Origin: an uncultured Elusimicrobia bacterium
GTDB lineage: Bacteria; Elusimicrobiota; Elusimicrobia; Elusimicrobiales; UBA9959
NCBI GenBank assembly: GCA_903917735.1
Contig: CAIXBR010000123.1
Location: forward strand, 3,883 to 67,882
Length of the DNA: 64,000 bases
Direction: 5' to 3'
Notes under the pieces: model-generated
Seen by the model: only the letters and a program-made list of their open reading frames with translations
What the model was told of the DNA's origin: nothing
The model's database searches: none
Translations under genes and position numbers: made by a program
In this document: positions 45,301-51,831 of the stretch, piece by piece
Layout of the letters: every line of letters begins with the position of its first letter
How positions within the stretch are numbered: position 1 is the stretch's first letter

Positions 45301-46794
45301 AACGCGCCGTCCCGGATGGAGGCTGTCGCCATAACCTCAGTGTCGGTGAGCCTGGACTGGTTGCCCAACGGCAATCCCGAGCCCGGCGCGGCATATGAAC
45401 TATGGCGGGATGTTGCCCCGGGCTTTACCGCGCCGCTGAAGACCAGCGTCTCCGGAAGCGGGTGTCTTGCCGGCGGTTTGTCCCCGCTGACGACCTATTA
45501 TTTCAAGGTTCGCGCGGTCAACAAGGCGGGGGTATATACGGATTTCGACTCGGATCTGTCCGTTCTGACTCACCCTCCCGCGCCGGGAGCAATCGTAATG
45601 AACGGAACGGCGGCGGGAGTGTCGTCCGTCAGATGGGCCTGGAACGACGCCGGAGCTGGAACGGCATACAGGGTCGTGAGCGCCGCGGGAGCGGACCTGT
45701 CGGGAGAGCTTGAGGCGGGGAGTACGTTCTGGGTCGAACCGCAGCTCTCCACTAATACCGCTTACTCCCGCATGGTGGTGGCGTCCAATCTTTCCGGGAT
45801 CTCCACTTCCGCTGCCGTTACCCGTTTTACGCTGGCTGCGGCGCCGGCCGGTTCCGGATTCCTCGAGGTCTGGCACAGCTCGGCCTCCATGAAATGGTCT
45901 GAGAACGGCGATCCGCCCGGAACCTCTTTCGAGGCGCAATACTGGACAATGGGCGGTTCAACGTCTTCAGTTGTGGCCGGTTCTACCTGTGCCGTGCTGA
46001 CCGGCCTGGCGCAGGAGACCACGGTCTATGCGCGGGTCAGGGCTCTTAACGGAGACGGCATTCCTTCCGCGTACGACGGGACGGCTTCCACCTTTATTCC
46101 GAACACGATGGTCGTTATCCAGCCCGGCAGCGGCTATACGCTTGTTTACGATCAAATATCATTGAATATCGCTCCCGACACTTTTAATGAGACCGTGAAT
46201 CTCCTTGTGAAACGGCCCGCCCAGGCACCGCCTGACAGCGGCGGACTTGCGGGTTTTTCGGCAAGTGTCCTGGTGGACATCTCAGCGCTGAACCCGTTAA
46301 CGCAAAAGCTCCAACCGTTAAAGGAAGTGATAGTCGCGGCGGATTACCGGAACATGGACCTGGAGGGAGCCGATGAAGGCACCTTGGTCATGGCGACTTA
46401 TAATGAAAGCCGCGCCGTCTGGGTCCCGCTTCCCTCGGTAAGGGACAGGAACGCTAAAACGGTGACGGCGAGGACCGGTCATTTCTCCCTGTTCCAGCTC
46501 ATGCATTCGTTCGCCCCGGAGAGCATTTCGGGGATAACGGTCGGGCCGAACCCTCTGAGGCCGGTAAGGAACCCGGGGCAAGCGTTCACGTTCAGGCATC
46601 TGCCTTCCGGCGCGAGCGTTAAAATTTACACTTGTCTCGGAGAACTGCTGTACGAAACGGCCGCTGACACGTCCGGCATGGCCGTCTGGGACGGAAAAAA
46701 CAAGGCGGGCAGGCTGGTCGGGAGCGATGTTTATCTGGCGCTGTTAAAATGGAAAGGCGAGAGAAAAGTCCTTAAACTGGTCATGGAAAAATGA
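39376..46794 (+). CDS. Giant secreted protein: C1 (papain-like) peptidase + two Kelch propeller blocks + many Fn3-like domains + T9SS-type C-terminal domain
   Basis: Start set at MKRIILFLAATVLLSAAVSAE (signal peptide). C1 triad context: QGGQGSCAAWS, GGHAVTVMGYDD, IVNSWGNTWG. More than 20 Kelch units (LLPDGRVLVAGG..ELYDP.TN.WS.AGSM). CTD GPNPLRP..VKIYTCLGELL..DVYLALL..LKLVMEK. Confidence 0.85.
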   Translation: MKRIILFLAATVLLSAAVSAEPELFPFKNGIRPLTPDQEAYLKDRVVRINSIKPNRLALARSAAASAPQAGLPPSVSNWQYLPKVGNQGGQGSCAAWSTCYYYKTYQEAKEHGWNNPDYGVNPDHVMSPAFCYNLVNGGEDGGSMPSWIMQMIADHGDATWQDMPYDQGDYLSWPSQAAWKNALLYRAQSAATIDITTDAGITALKQQLANGDIAVIAFNVTASFDHYPSDYPGVNSQVLYDNSGGSRGGHAVTVMGYDDTKSYVGGNGVTQHGAFKIVNSWGNTWGITDPDIGTKGFVWMAYAYLKSKTGYGQAWTMVDRTGYQPTVYGTFGLEHPSRGDLNVYFLGGSNNDSPDWSFNALPSMGGTHAVAQKVTVDLSLYSPDLNGKFWLKVSDSLSNSATGQITYMGVQQAGGQEEVSADTPKNTQNGSYVYVQLSNGGGVGYTALDPSFTQVNITSLTVTWDLIPGANYTVVLSSDSYYTGILSSGTQAQNSINFPGLSAGARYYFQVKISTESDMGYFYNRSSARTLVGTWSAATAMSTPRGYHAAILLPDGRVLVAGGSSGSYLSSAEVYDPGAGTWSSAGSMAAARTFPGAVLLSDGRVLVSGGSGSGGFLSSSELYDPETNAWSGAGSMSSPRGRHTATLLPNGKVLVTGGYYYDSEWHYLSSAEFYDPKTNVWSSAGSMFSERVFHTATLLPNGKVLVAGGDNGYLPLASAELYDPVTNSWSAAAAPLYARYAHTATLLPGGKVLVAGGGGGGSTSELYDSNTNSWSSGGDMLSSGRQSSTSALLPDGKVLVAGGQGGGSSTELYDPKTNGWSSAGSMLSSERAYGTASLLPDGRVLVAGGYSSGYLSSTELFSPADLVLTKLAPVFAQVGVSNLSVTWTPVQGANYTAVLSSDASFMNLASSATQSGNSAGFTGLSPATRYFFEVKLSTETEWAYAGNTISTATPSPAVLSWTGETNYAADGLDPETGTSTMTFTYRVKFTDANGKAPAAGYPKLHIRKGGDEIVGSPFTMDHISGGPLAGAIYEYSRKLSAGTDYSCYFEAYDSDNNRAAGPPVSAVDSPDVYDGVWAVANHMSLARSAHAAVLLPGGRVLMAGGSNGSYISSAELYDPNTNAWSSAGSMSSARTYHSATLLSGGKVLVVGGAGGGSSSELYDPDANSWSGTGSMASARYYHTATMLPSGKVLVAGGSGSGCLSSAELYDPNTNTWSSAGSMSAAREFHAAVLLSNGKVLVTGGYNGSSYLSSADLYDPNTNSWSSAGPMSYSRGSHTATLLPGGKVLIAGGGSTAELYDPNTNTWSSAGSMYVTRYDHTATLLPDGRVLVAGGSGSGYLSSTELYDPNTNTWSNAGAMSAARYYHTATLLPSGKALVAGGYYYENNTWHYLSSAELYTPVGLMLTKVTPSLTQVGFSSFTVTWTPVAGANYTAVLSTDANFISLDSSVTQGGNSATFTGLAPLTRYFFEVKLSTEAEWAYFGNRISAATPSPATALHPQFFQVYAASATVTWDAVPGSAYTVVLGSDSFYTNIVSSAGQAANTKTFTGLSAGTSWYFEVKLSSETNAAYAFNRISTATLAVMPYLSAGPVFTHLCASSMTVNWSSGTAAIGFDPAGTLYTVELSTDAGFQPVLASSQTYGLSGVFEDLSPNTSYYARVQAMNGGGTGTDFTALGATATLAVMPGRPAGDVYTKIFAGSMTVNWSSGTAATGYDPAGTRYKVEFSTSAGFIPICGSSLTYALSAGLTGLEPDTIYYSRIAAVNRSGEPSLWLVAPSTATLPNPPADDSSPVRDMSAGSFEYRWSANDNPSGTLYVAQLSTAPGFSGSGDRPTATAGTSANFAGLTGNTAYYARAYAIGRAGHITQFNTVVSTVTPPQAPAAGVFSVAGSSALTANWGLGLNNAAGLTYLAQLSVSNVFADVLASSATAGVSAVFGLGGQGAPLTPDTSYYVRVLALGYSGAGNFSDLGGIATLANAPSRMEAVAITSVSVSLDWLPNGNPEPGAAYELWRDVAPGFTAPLKTSVSGSGCLAGGLSPLTTYYFKVRAVNKAGVYTDFDSDLSVLTHPPAPGAIVMNGTAAGVSSVRWAWNDAGAGTAYRVVSAAGADLSGELEAGSTFWVEPQLSTNTAYSRMVVASNLSGISTSAAVTRFTLAAAPAGSGFLEVWHSSASMKWSENGDPPGTSFEAQYWTMGGSTSSVVAGSTCAVLTGLAQETTVYARVRALNGDGIPSAYDGTASTFIPNTMVVIQPGSGYTLVYDQISLNIAPDTFNETVNLLVKRPAQAPPDSGGLAGFSASVLVDISALNPLTQKLQPLKEVIVAADYRNMDLEGADEGTLVMATYNESRAVWVPLPSVRDRNAKTVTARTGHFSLFQLMHSFAPESISGITVGPNPLRPVRNPGQAFTFRHLPSGASVKIYTCLGELLYETAADTSGMAVWDGKNKAGRLVGSDVYLALLKWKGERKVLKLVMEK
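40975..42245 (+). repeat. Intragenic segmental duplication, copy 1 (Kelch block + Fn3)
   Basis: Ends ..LTKLAPVFAQVGVSNLSVTWTPVQGANYTAVLSSDASF..RYFFEVKLSTETEWAY..TPSPA. Colinear with 42600-43860. Confidence 0.7.
42600..43860 (+). repeat. Intragenic segmental duplication, copy 2 (Kelch block + Fn3)
   Basis: Ends ..LTKVTPSLTQVGFSSFTVTWTPVAGANYTAVLSTDANF..RYFFEVKLSTEAEWAY..TPSPA. Confidence 0.7.
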
Positions 46795-47828
46795 AAACGG
46801 GCAAATTAGTGGATTGGCGCTATGTCCTGGTCTTTCCGGCGATCTTCGCCGTAATATGTCCGTTACGCTCCTTCGCGGGTTTTGACGCCGGCGACAAAGG
46901 CACATCCGCGGCGCAATTCCTTAAATTGGGCGCCGGGGCGAGGGCGGCCGGAATGGGGGAGGCATATTCGGCGGTCTGCGCCGACTCCGGAGCCGTTTAC
47001 TGGAATCCGGGAGGCCTCGGCTTTCTGAACGGCGTTTCCGGGACCTTCACGCACGCGGACCTGTTCGGCGAGCTGAACTATGAGTACCTGGGGTACGCGC
47101 AGTCCTTCGGGAACGCCGGAACCGCCGGGCTGGGCGTCCAGTACCTGTCGTCCGGGCGCATACCCGAAACGGACGCCGCCGGTTTTGAGACCGGAGCCGC
47201 TATGGCGCCGGTGCAGTACGCCGTCTCCCTTGCTTATGCGCGCAAGGTCGGCGGCTTCGGGATAGGCGCGGCAGCCAAGTATATAAGGTCCCGGCTCTCG
47301 GCGACCGCCTCCGCCTTAGCCGCCGACGCCGGCGTTCTAAGCCCTGCCCTGATGGATAATAAGCTCCGGCTGGCGTTCGTGGTCCAGAACGCGGGCGGCG
47401 GATTGAAATACGGGCAAAGCACCGATCCCCTGCCTTTAAATTTGAAACTGGGCGGCGCTTTCTCTTTTTCGGACAAGCTGATCTTCGGCCTCGATGTTAA
47501 TTCCCCGCGCGATAACAGGATCTATGCCGGCGCCGGCGCTGAATACCTGCTCCGCTATTCCGGGGTCTCTTTCGCCCTCCGCCTCGGTTATAACAGCAGG
47601 ACTTCTGGAGACATCGACGGGATGACCGGAGTTTCTACGGGGCTCGGGGTTGTGTTCCACGACATGGTCCTGGACTACGCTTTTATTCCGTTCGGTCCCC
47701 TCGGTTTCGCGCACAGGATCTCGCTGAGCTTCAAATTAGGCGGAAAGGCTCCGTTCCCGGCCCCCGCAGCGCTGAGAAAACCAGGCTCTCCGGTCCTTGG
47801 CGGGGCGGACGTGCAAAAATCGCGGTGA
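46791..47828 (+). CDS. PorV-like outer-membrane barrel protein
   Basis: ATGA overlap with the giant gene. Signal peptide, AAGMGEAYSAVCADSGAVYWNPGGLGF block, ends ..VLDYAFIPFGPLGFAHRISLSFKLG plus a short tail. Confidence 0.7.
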   Translation: MKTGKLVDWRYVLVFPAIFAVICPLRSFAGFDAGDKGTSAAQFLKLGAGARAAGMGEAYSAVCADSGAVYWNPGGLGFLNGVSGTFTHADLFGELNYEYLGYAQSFGNAGTAGLGVQYLSSGRIPETDAAGFETGAAMAPVQYAVSLAYARKVGGFGIGAAAKYIRSRLSATASALAADAGVLSPALMDNKLRLAFVVQNAGGGLKYGQSTDPLPLNLKLGGAFSFSDKLIFGLDVNSPRDNRIYAGAGAEYLLRYSGVSFALRLGYNSRTSGDIDGMTGVSTGLGVVFHDMVLDYAFIPFGPLGFAHRISLSFKLGGKAPFPAPAALRKPGSPVLGGADVQKSR

Positions 47829-47833
47829 CGAGC

Positions 47834-48137
47834 TTAACCCACCTGGGCCTACCCGCTGATTTCCCGAAGTTCAAGCCTGCCGCAAAAGCGTCGCAAACCT
47901 GCGGCCTGTCAGACGAAGACTGCCAGCCGGACCCGAAAGGCGACTTATACGAAGCAATAGACCCCGCCCCGGCTGACGACTGACCCAACCACTAACCGCC
48001 CGATACGCCCGGCAACCGCCGGGCGCGGGGGGACTCGGCAAAATCTCAAAGAAAAGCCCTGCTTTTTGTTATTATAGCGGTAGGGCGCGGTTTTAGCAGA
48101 GGATAACAGGCGATAATCGCACTTATGCTGCCTACAG
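47834..48137 (+). mobile_element. IS91-family 3'-end relic, copy H (short form, opposite orientation)
   Basis: Plus strand encodes LTHLGLPADFPKFKPAAKASQTCGLSDEDCQPDPKGDLYEAIDPAPADD then stop, hairpin, and outer end CCTACAG at 48131-48137. Starts 5 nt after the PorV-like stop. Confidence 0.85.
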
Positions 48138-48146
48138 ATCGGATTC

Positions 48147-48210
48147 AAGGCTATACCGTGTTAGGCCAATGGCAATGCCGCAACGGACGCTATGCGTATC
48201 AGACAGCGGC
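48147..48210 (+). repeat. Hairpin mini-repeat, copy m3 (longer, diverged)
   Basis: AAGGCTATACCGTGTTAGGCCAATGGCAATGCCGCAACGGACGCTATGCGTATCAGACAGCGGC, 9 nt beyond the outer end of copy H. Confidence 0.45.
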
Positions 48211-48220
48211 GCCCTGCGGT

Positions 48221-48985
48221 TTATCTGCTGTGGCCCTCGAACACGACAACATTAGCCATCACATCTGACGAAACTATCATATCCGGGAATTGTTTTTTCA
48301 GTTTGGCGGCAACGGCTTTGGGCTGGTCCATGCCTTCGGTGGACAGTTCTATCCACACCTGACCGGCCATGGCCGAGTTTTTTCGCGGGAGCGCTAAGGT
48401 CAGATCGGGATACGCCGAGAATATTTCACGTATGCGCTGCTCGTATAAAAAATCCCCGGAAAAAAATACCACGCAGCTGTCATCGTTGGCATGGCATGAC
48501 ACATTTTTCACTTCCGGAAGTTCCTTTATCTTTTTCAGGTTTTGACTTTTGATATAGGCCAGCTTCACGGAGTCAACCATCCCCGTAGATTTTCTGGGAT
48601 TCAGTTCTGCCGCCCGGATCGCGTCATTATCCTGATAGAATATTATTTTAAATCCGAGTTTGCCGAAAAAAGTCTCCACATTAATTCTGGTTTCCCGCGC
48701 TGTTTTTCCCCCTATCCTGGCGCTTAGCAGCTCTACATTAATGAATGGTTTGGAGTCCTCATCCTGGCCGAATACATCCGCCAGCTGCGCGGATTTCTGT
48801 GGCACGGCCGGAATAGGCGGCTTAGAGGTATTTTCCGTGATAACAGGAATGGCGGTGCTGAACTCCCCGCCTCCCTCAGCTATAGCGTCCCTGAAATCGG
48901 AGGGCAGCGCGGTTTTTTGCCGCGTGAAGATCAGCGTCCCAAGGGTTACTGCCACCGCTATAAGCGCCAGTGTTTTAGTTCTCAT
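48221..48985 (-). CDS. Hypothetical exported protein
   Basis: 254 aa with the signal-anchor MRTKTLALIAVAVTLGTLIF. No recognisable motif. Confidence 0.55.
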   Translation of the reverse strand: MRTKTLALIAVAVTLGTLIFTRQKTALPSDFRDAIAEGGGEFSTAIPVITENTSKPPIPAVPQKSAQLADVFGQDEDSKPFINVELLSARIGGKTARETRINVETFFGKLGFKIIFYQDNDAIRAAELNPRKSTGMVDSVKLAYIKSQNLKKIKELPEVKNVSCHANDDSCVVFFSGDFLYEQRIREIFSAYPDLTLALPRKNSAMAGQVWIELSTEGMDQPKAVAAKLKKQFPDMIVSSDVMANVVVFEGHSR

Positions 48986-49536
48986 AAAAGGATACCCCTG
49001 TATTTGTGGCGCCTTTCCGCTAGTACGCTACAACAATGGCTATCGGCATAACAGCTAGCGGCACCTGTATTCCTGAACTTCAGATATTCAATTGTAGCGT
49101 CACAACCCGGATTTGTCAAGGGCCGTAGGACCCCGTAGGACGATTGTCACGAAAAGGTAAAGCGTCAAAATATGTAGGCAACATAAAGACGGTTATCGCC
49201 TGTTATCCTCTGTTTTTCCCGGAGAACCGCACCTTTTTCTTCGCTTGAAAGTTGCTAAAACCGCGCCCTACCGCTATAATAACAAAAAGTGGGGCTTTTC
49301 TTTGAAATTTTACCGAGTCCCCCCCGCGCCCGGCGGTTGCCGGGCGTGTCGGGCGGTTAGTGGTTGGGTCAGTCGTCAGCCGGGGCGGGGTCTATTGCTT
49401 CGTATAAGTTGCTTTTTGGGTCCGGCTGGCAGTCTTCGTCGGGCGGGCCGCAGGTTTGCGGCGCTTTTGCGGCAGGCTTGAACTTCGGGAAATCAGCGGG
49501 CAGCCCCAGATGGGTTAAGAGACGCACAAGTTCCTT

Positions 49537-49582
49537 GGCCGTTTGACGAGCATAGCTCTTGATACGGCACTGGCATAGCCTT
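49537..49582 (-). repeat. 46-nt hairpin mini-repeat, copy m4
   Basis: AAGGCTATGCCAGTGCCGTATCAAGAGCTATGCTCGTCAAACGGCC, inserted between ILND and KELVRLL codons that are contiguous in copies C and E. Confidence 0.75.
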
Positions 49583-49633
49583 GTCATTGAGAATAACAGC
49601 CACCGGCTTCATTTCTAGTTTGCATTTAGGGCA

Positions 49634-49653
49634 TTATGCCGATATCGGCATAA
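49634..49653. repeat. Perfect 20-bp palindrome inside the transposase relic
   Basis: TTATGCCGATATCGGCATAA, immediately upstream (sense direction) of the point where long-form copies C and E begin. Confidence 0.8.
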
Positions 49654-49677
49654 GGGGCAGATAAGCGGGAAGATCTC

Positions 49678-49723
49678 GGCCGTTTGATGGCCATAGGCCT
49701 TGATACGGCACTGGCATAGCCTT
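49678..49723 (-). repeat. 46-nt hairpin mini-repeat, copy m5
   Basis: AAGGCTATGCCAGTGCCGTATCAAGGCCTATGGCCATCAAACGGCC, splitting ..CLARVF | EIFPLICPLC. Confidence 0.75.
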
Positions 49724-50270
49724 GAAAACCCGGGCCAGACAGGCGGCCCAGGAGTTGGCCTTCTTTTTGAGCTTATCAACTTTTTCTTGCACGATAATGC
49801 GGTCTGTTTCCTTTGCCGCTTTCGCGGCAAGCAGCGGCCGCAGCGGGGACCTGGGCGCCAGCGCGCCGTAATAGTGAATTATATTTTTATTTTTTTTGGG
49901 GGGGCGGCATAAGCAGGCCCCAGCGCCGCATGAACTCGATGGGCGTCATGGTCAGCAGTTCCGATTTCCCCTCCCTTGTATCAGTGCGGTAGATGACCAG
50001 ATTGCTTTTGACCGCATAGATAAGCCGCGCCAGCGAAATGGCGGGGCGGGGACCGGTGTAAAAACCAGTTCACACCTGCCCAGGGAGCCTGCTTTCATAT
50101 CAAAGAGCCCGTCCGAGACCACCGCGTGCACATGGATGTGCAGGTTCAGCGAGCCGCCGAACCGCTGTATAAAATGCAGTTGGGCGGGCGCCCCGCCGCC
50201 GTTCTTCCGCAGGAAGCGGTCTATTTCACGCGTGAATATTTTACAGCGTAGTGTCGCTCATTAGAGGGTC

Positions 50271-50673
50271 ATTTTTCAAGAAAAAAAGGTCCCTTCCACA
50301 GTTTTGTGGCATATTTTTAGCTAAAATTCGCTACGACATCCCTCCGTTCAAGGCTTTTACGCGGCCGGGTTCTCTTTTATTTGACGTCGGACGAAGCCGC
50401 GCCAGTCACTCATCAGGATCAAGGCGCAGGCGTAACAGTTGCCTTTGCCCCTGCCTTCCATGGGAGGCCCAGAAAACCTTTGGTTCACTGCCGTATCCAT
50501 TTAACGGCGGATTTCTCCGCCTTCAGGTTTTTGGCTTCGGATTTTCATCCGGCCAACGCTCCGCTGGCTTACGGCCGTGGCGTCCTCGCCCAAAAAGAAG
50601 GGCGAAGGAAGCTGCTAATCGGGACGTGTGGTTGTTCCAACACTACGCATAGCTCACTTCCTTCGCCAAATCT
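50271..50673 (-). ncRNA. Candidate IS110/IS1111 bridge (seek) RNA region
   Basis: 403 nt without an ORF, downstream of the transposase stop. Contains an 11-bp stem GGCGAAGGAAG...CTTCCTTCGCC and a GGCGGAGAAATCCGCC hairpin. The call rests on position and structure only. Confidence 0.3.
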
Positions 50674-51693
50674 TTACGCGAAAGCCAGCGCCTCATCGAA
50701 CACTTCCTGGTCTTTCAGCACGTGGTAGCAGGCGCGCGCCAGTTTATGCGCCACCGCCTTGGCCGCCACTATCTTGTTCGTCTTGGTCATCTTGCGTTGA
50801 TAGAAATTCCTGATACGCTCGTTATACCGTATGGCAAAATGTGCAGCTTCAATAAACGCCCAAGCCAGGTATTTATTCCCGTTCTTCCGATTGCCTTCGC
50901 CTTTCTTTTTGCCGTTGCTCCAGCGGGAACTGCCCACACAGCTCGCATAGGAAGCGAAGTGCCCGACTTTCTTAAAGCGCTTCATGTCGCCGGCTTCGTA
51001 CATTATCGTCATGCCGAGGACCTCCCAGATCCCGTCGATCGTTAGGATCTTCCTGAATTCCGGTTTTAACCTGGCCTGCTTAAGAACCACTTTTTCAAGC
51101 GCAACAACCTGTTCGTCCAGGCAACGCATAACTGATAGATTGCTTTTTACTGCCAGCTCAAGCACGCTGTTCCCGCGGCAGTACTGGCCGATTGTCTCGT
51201 CATCCAGCTTCCGGACACCGTCCGTGTTTATTTTTTTGCCGCTGTTCCGGCTCACCAGGCCTTGTATGCTCAGTATCTGCGTGGTGCGGCAGCGCACCAA
51301 CTGGGCGCGCTTGCGCAGCAGGTCCCGCACGGCCCGGTCTTCCTTCGGCTGTATGTAGCCTGTCGGCAATACGCCCAGCCGCAACAGGTGCGCCAAGTGC
51401 CGGGCATCGTGTTCGTCCCCGGTGTATTTAAGCCCTTCATAAACTTTCACCGCCGCAGTGTTCACAAGCTTTACATCGTAGCCCTCGTCCATCAGCCCAT
51501 CGACCAGCCAGTACCAGTTATACGTCGATTCCACAGCTATCGCCTGGATCCTTTTCTTGTACGGCGCCAGTCCGGCCAATATGGTCTTCAGATCATTGGG
51601 GTAGCGTTCTTCAAGCACAACCCAGTCCTTTTCGTTCAGTATTACCAGCACGCTGTTATTGGAATGCAGGTCTATTGCCGAGTATAATTTCAT
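50674..51693 (-). CDS. IS110-family (DEDD) transposase
   Basis: Start set at MKLYSAIDLHSNN after AAGGAGGGG. Blocks AIDLH, AVESTYNWYWL, and C-terminal FASYASCVGS..GNKYLAWAFIEAAHFAIR are typical of the family. Confidence 0.85.
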   Translation of the reverse strand: MKLYSAIDLHSNNSVLVILNEKDWVVLEERYPNDLKTILAGLAPYKKRIQAIAVESTYNWYWLVDGLMDEGYDVKLVNTAAVKVYEGLKYTGDEHDARHLAHLLRLGVLPTGYIQPKEDRAVRDLLRKRAQLVRCRTTQILSIQGLVSRNSGKKINTDGVRKLDDETIGQYCRGNSVLELAVKSNLSVMRCLDEQVVALEKVVLKQARLKPEFRKILTIDGIWEVLGMTIMYEAGDMKRFKKVGHFASYASCVGSSRWSNGKKKGEGNRKNGNKYLAWAFIEAAHFAIRYNERIRNFYQRKMTKTNKIVAAKAVAHKLARACYHVLKDQEVFDEALAFA

Positions 51694-51783
51694 ACAAGTC
51701 CCCTCCTTAGCTGTTTTGTAATTGCTTCTAGACAAAGCAATGTTACAAACTGCGGGAGGGGACCCTCTATATGATTATCGGGC

Positions 51784-51818
51784 AAAAAAAGCCCCGGGGT
51801 TATCCCCGGGGTTTTTTT
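51784..51818. terminator. Terminator after the thiolase gene
   Basis: AAAAAAAGCCCCGGGG-TTAT-CCCCGGGGTTTTTTT. Confidence 0.8.
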
Positions 51819-51831
51819 ATTGGTCGTGCGT

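Larger units (their letters stand above)
49172..50257 (-). mobile_element. IS91/ISCR-family transposase pseudogene plus terminus, copy I (longest relic)
   Basis: Hand translation of the minus strand gives FTREIDRFLRKNGGGAPAQLHFIQRFGGSLNLHIHVHAVVSDGLF (HUH block), LTMTPIEFMRRWGLLMPPP, IIHYYGALAPRSPLR, KKANSWAACLARVF, EIFPLICPLC, and MKPVAVILNDKELVRLLTHLGLP..APADD then stop. There are at least 2 frameshifts (one in a C7A8 run), two 46-nt insertions, and the N-terminal third is missing. Confidence 0.85.
50261..51770 (-). mobile_element. IS110/IS1111-family insertion sequence, apparently intact (~1.5 kb)
   Basis: Transposase ORF flanked by the 9-bp inverted match TAGAGGGTC (50262-50270) / GACCCTCTA (51761-51769). 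Short 5' end, ~400-nt 3' non-coding end. Abuts the IS91 relic on one side and the thiolase terminator on the other. Confidence 0.7.

Noticed and set aside
33421-50257. Repeats as a diversity-generating retroelement (TR/VR pairs) or retron
   Set aside because: No reverse transcriptase is in the window. Differences between copies are not restricted to adenines (e.g. G/A, C/A, A/T and indels). The repeats are explained by homology to the IS91 transposase 3' end.
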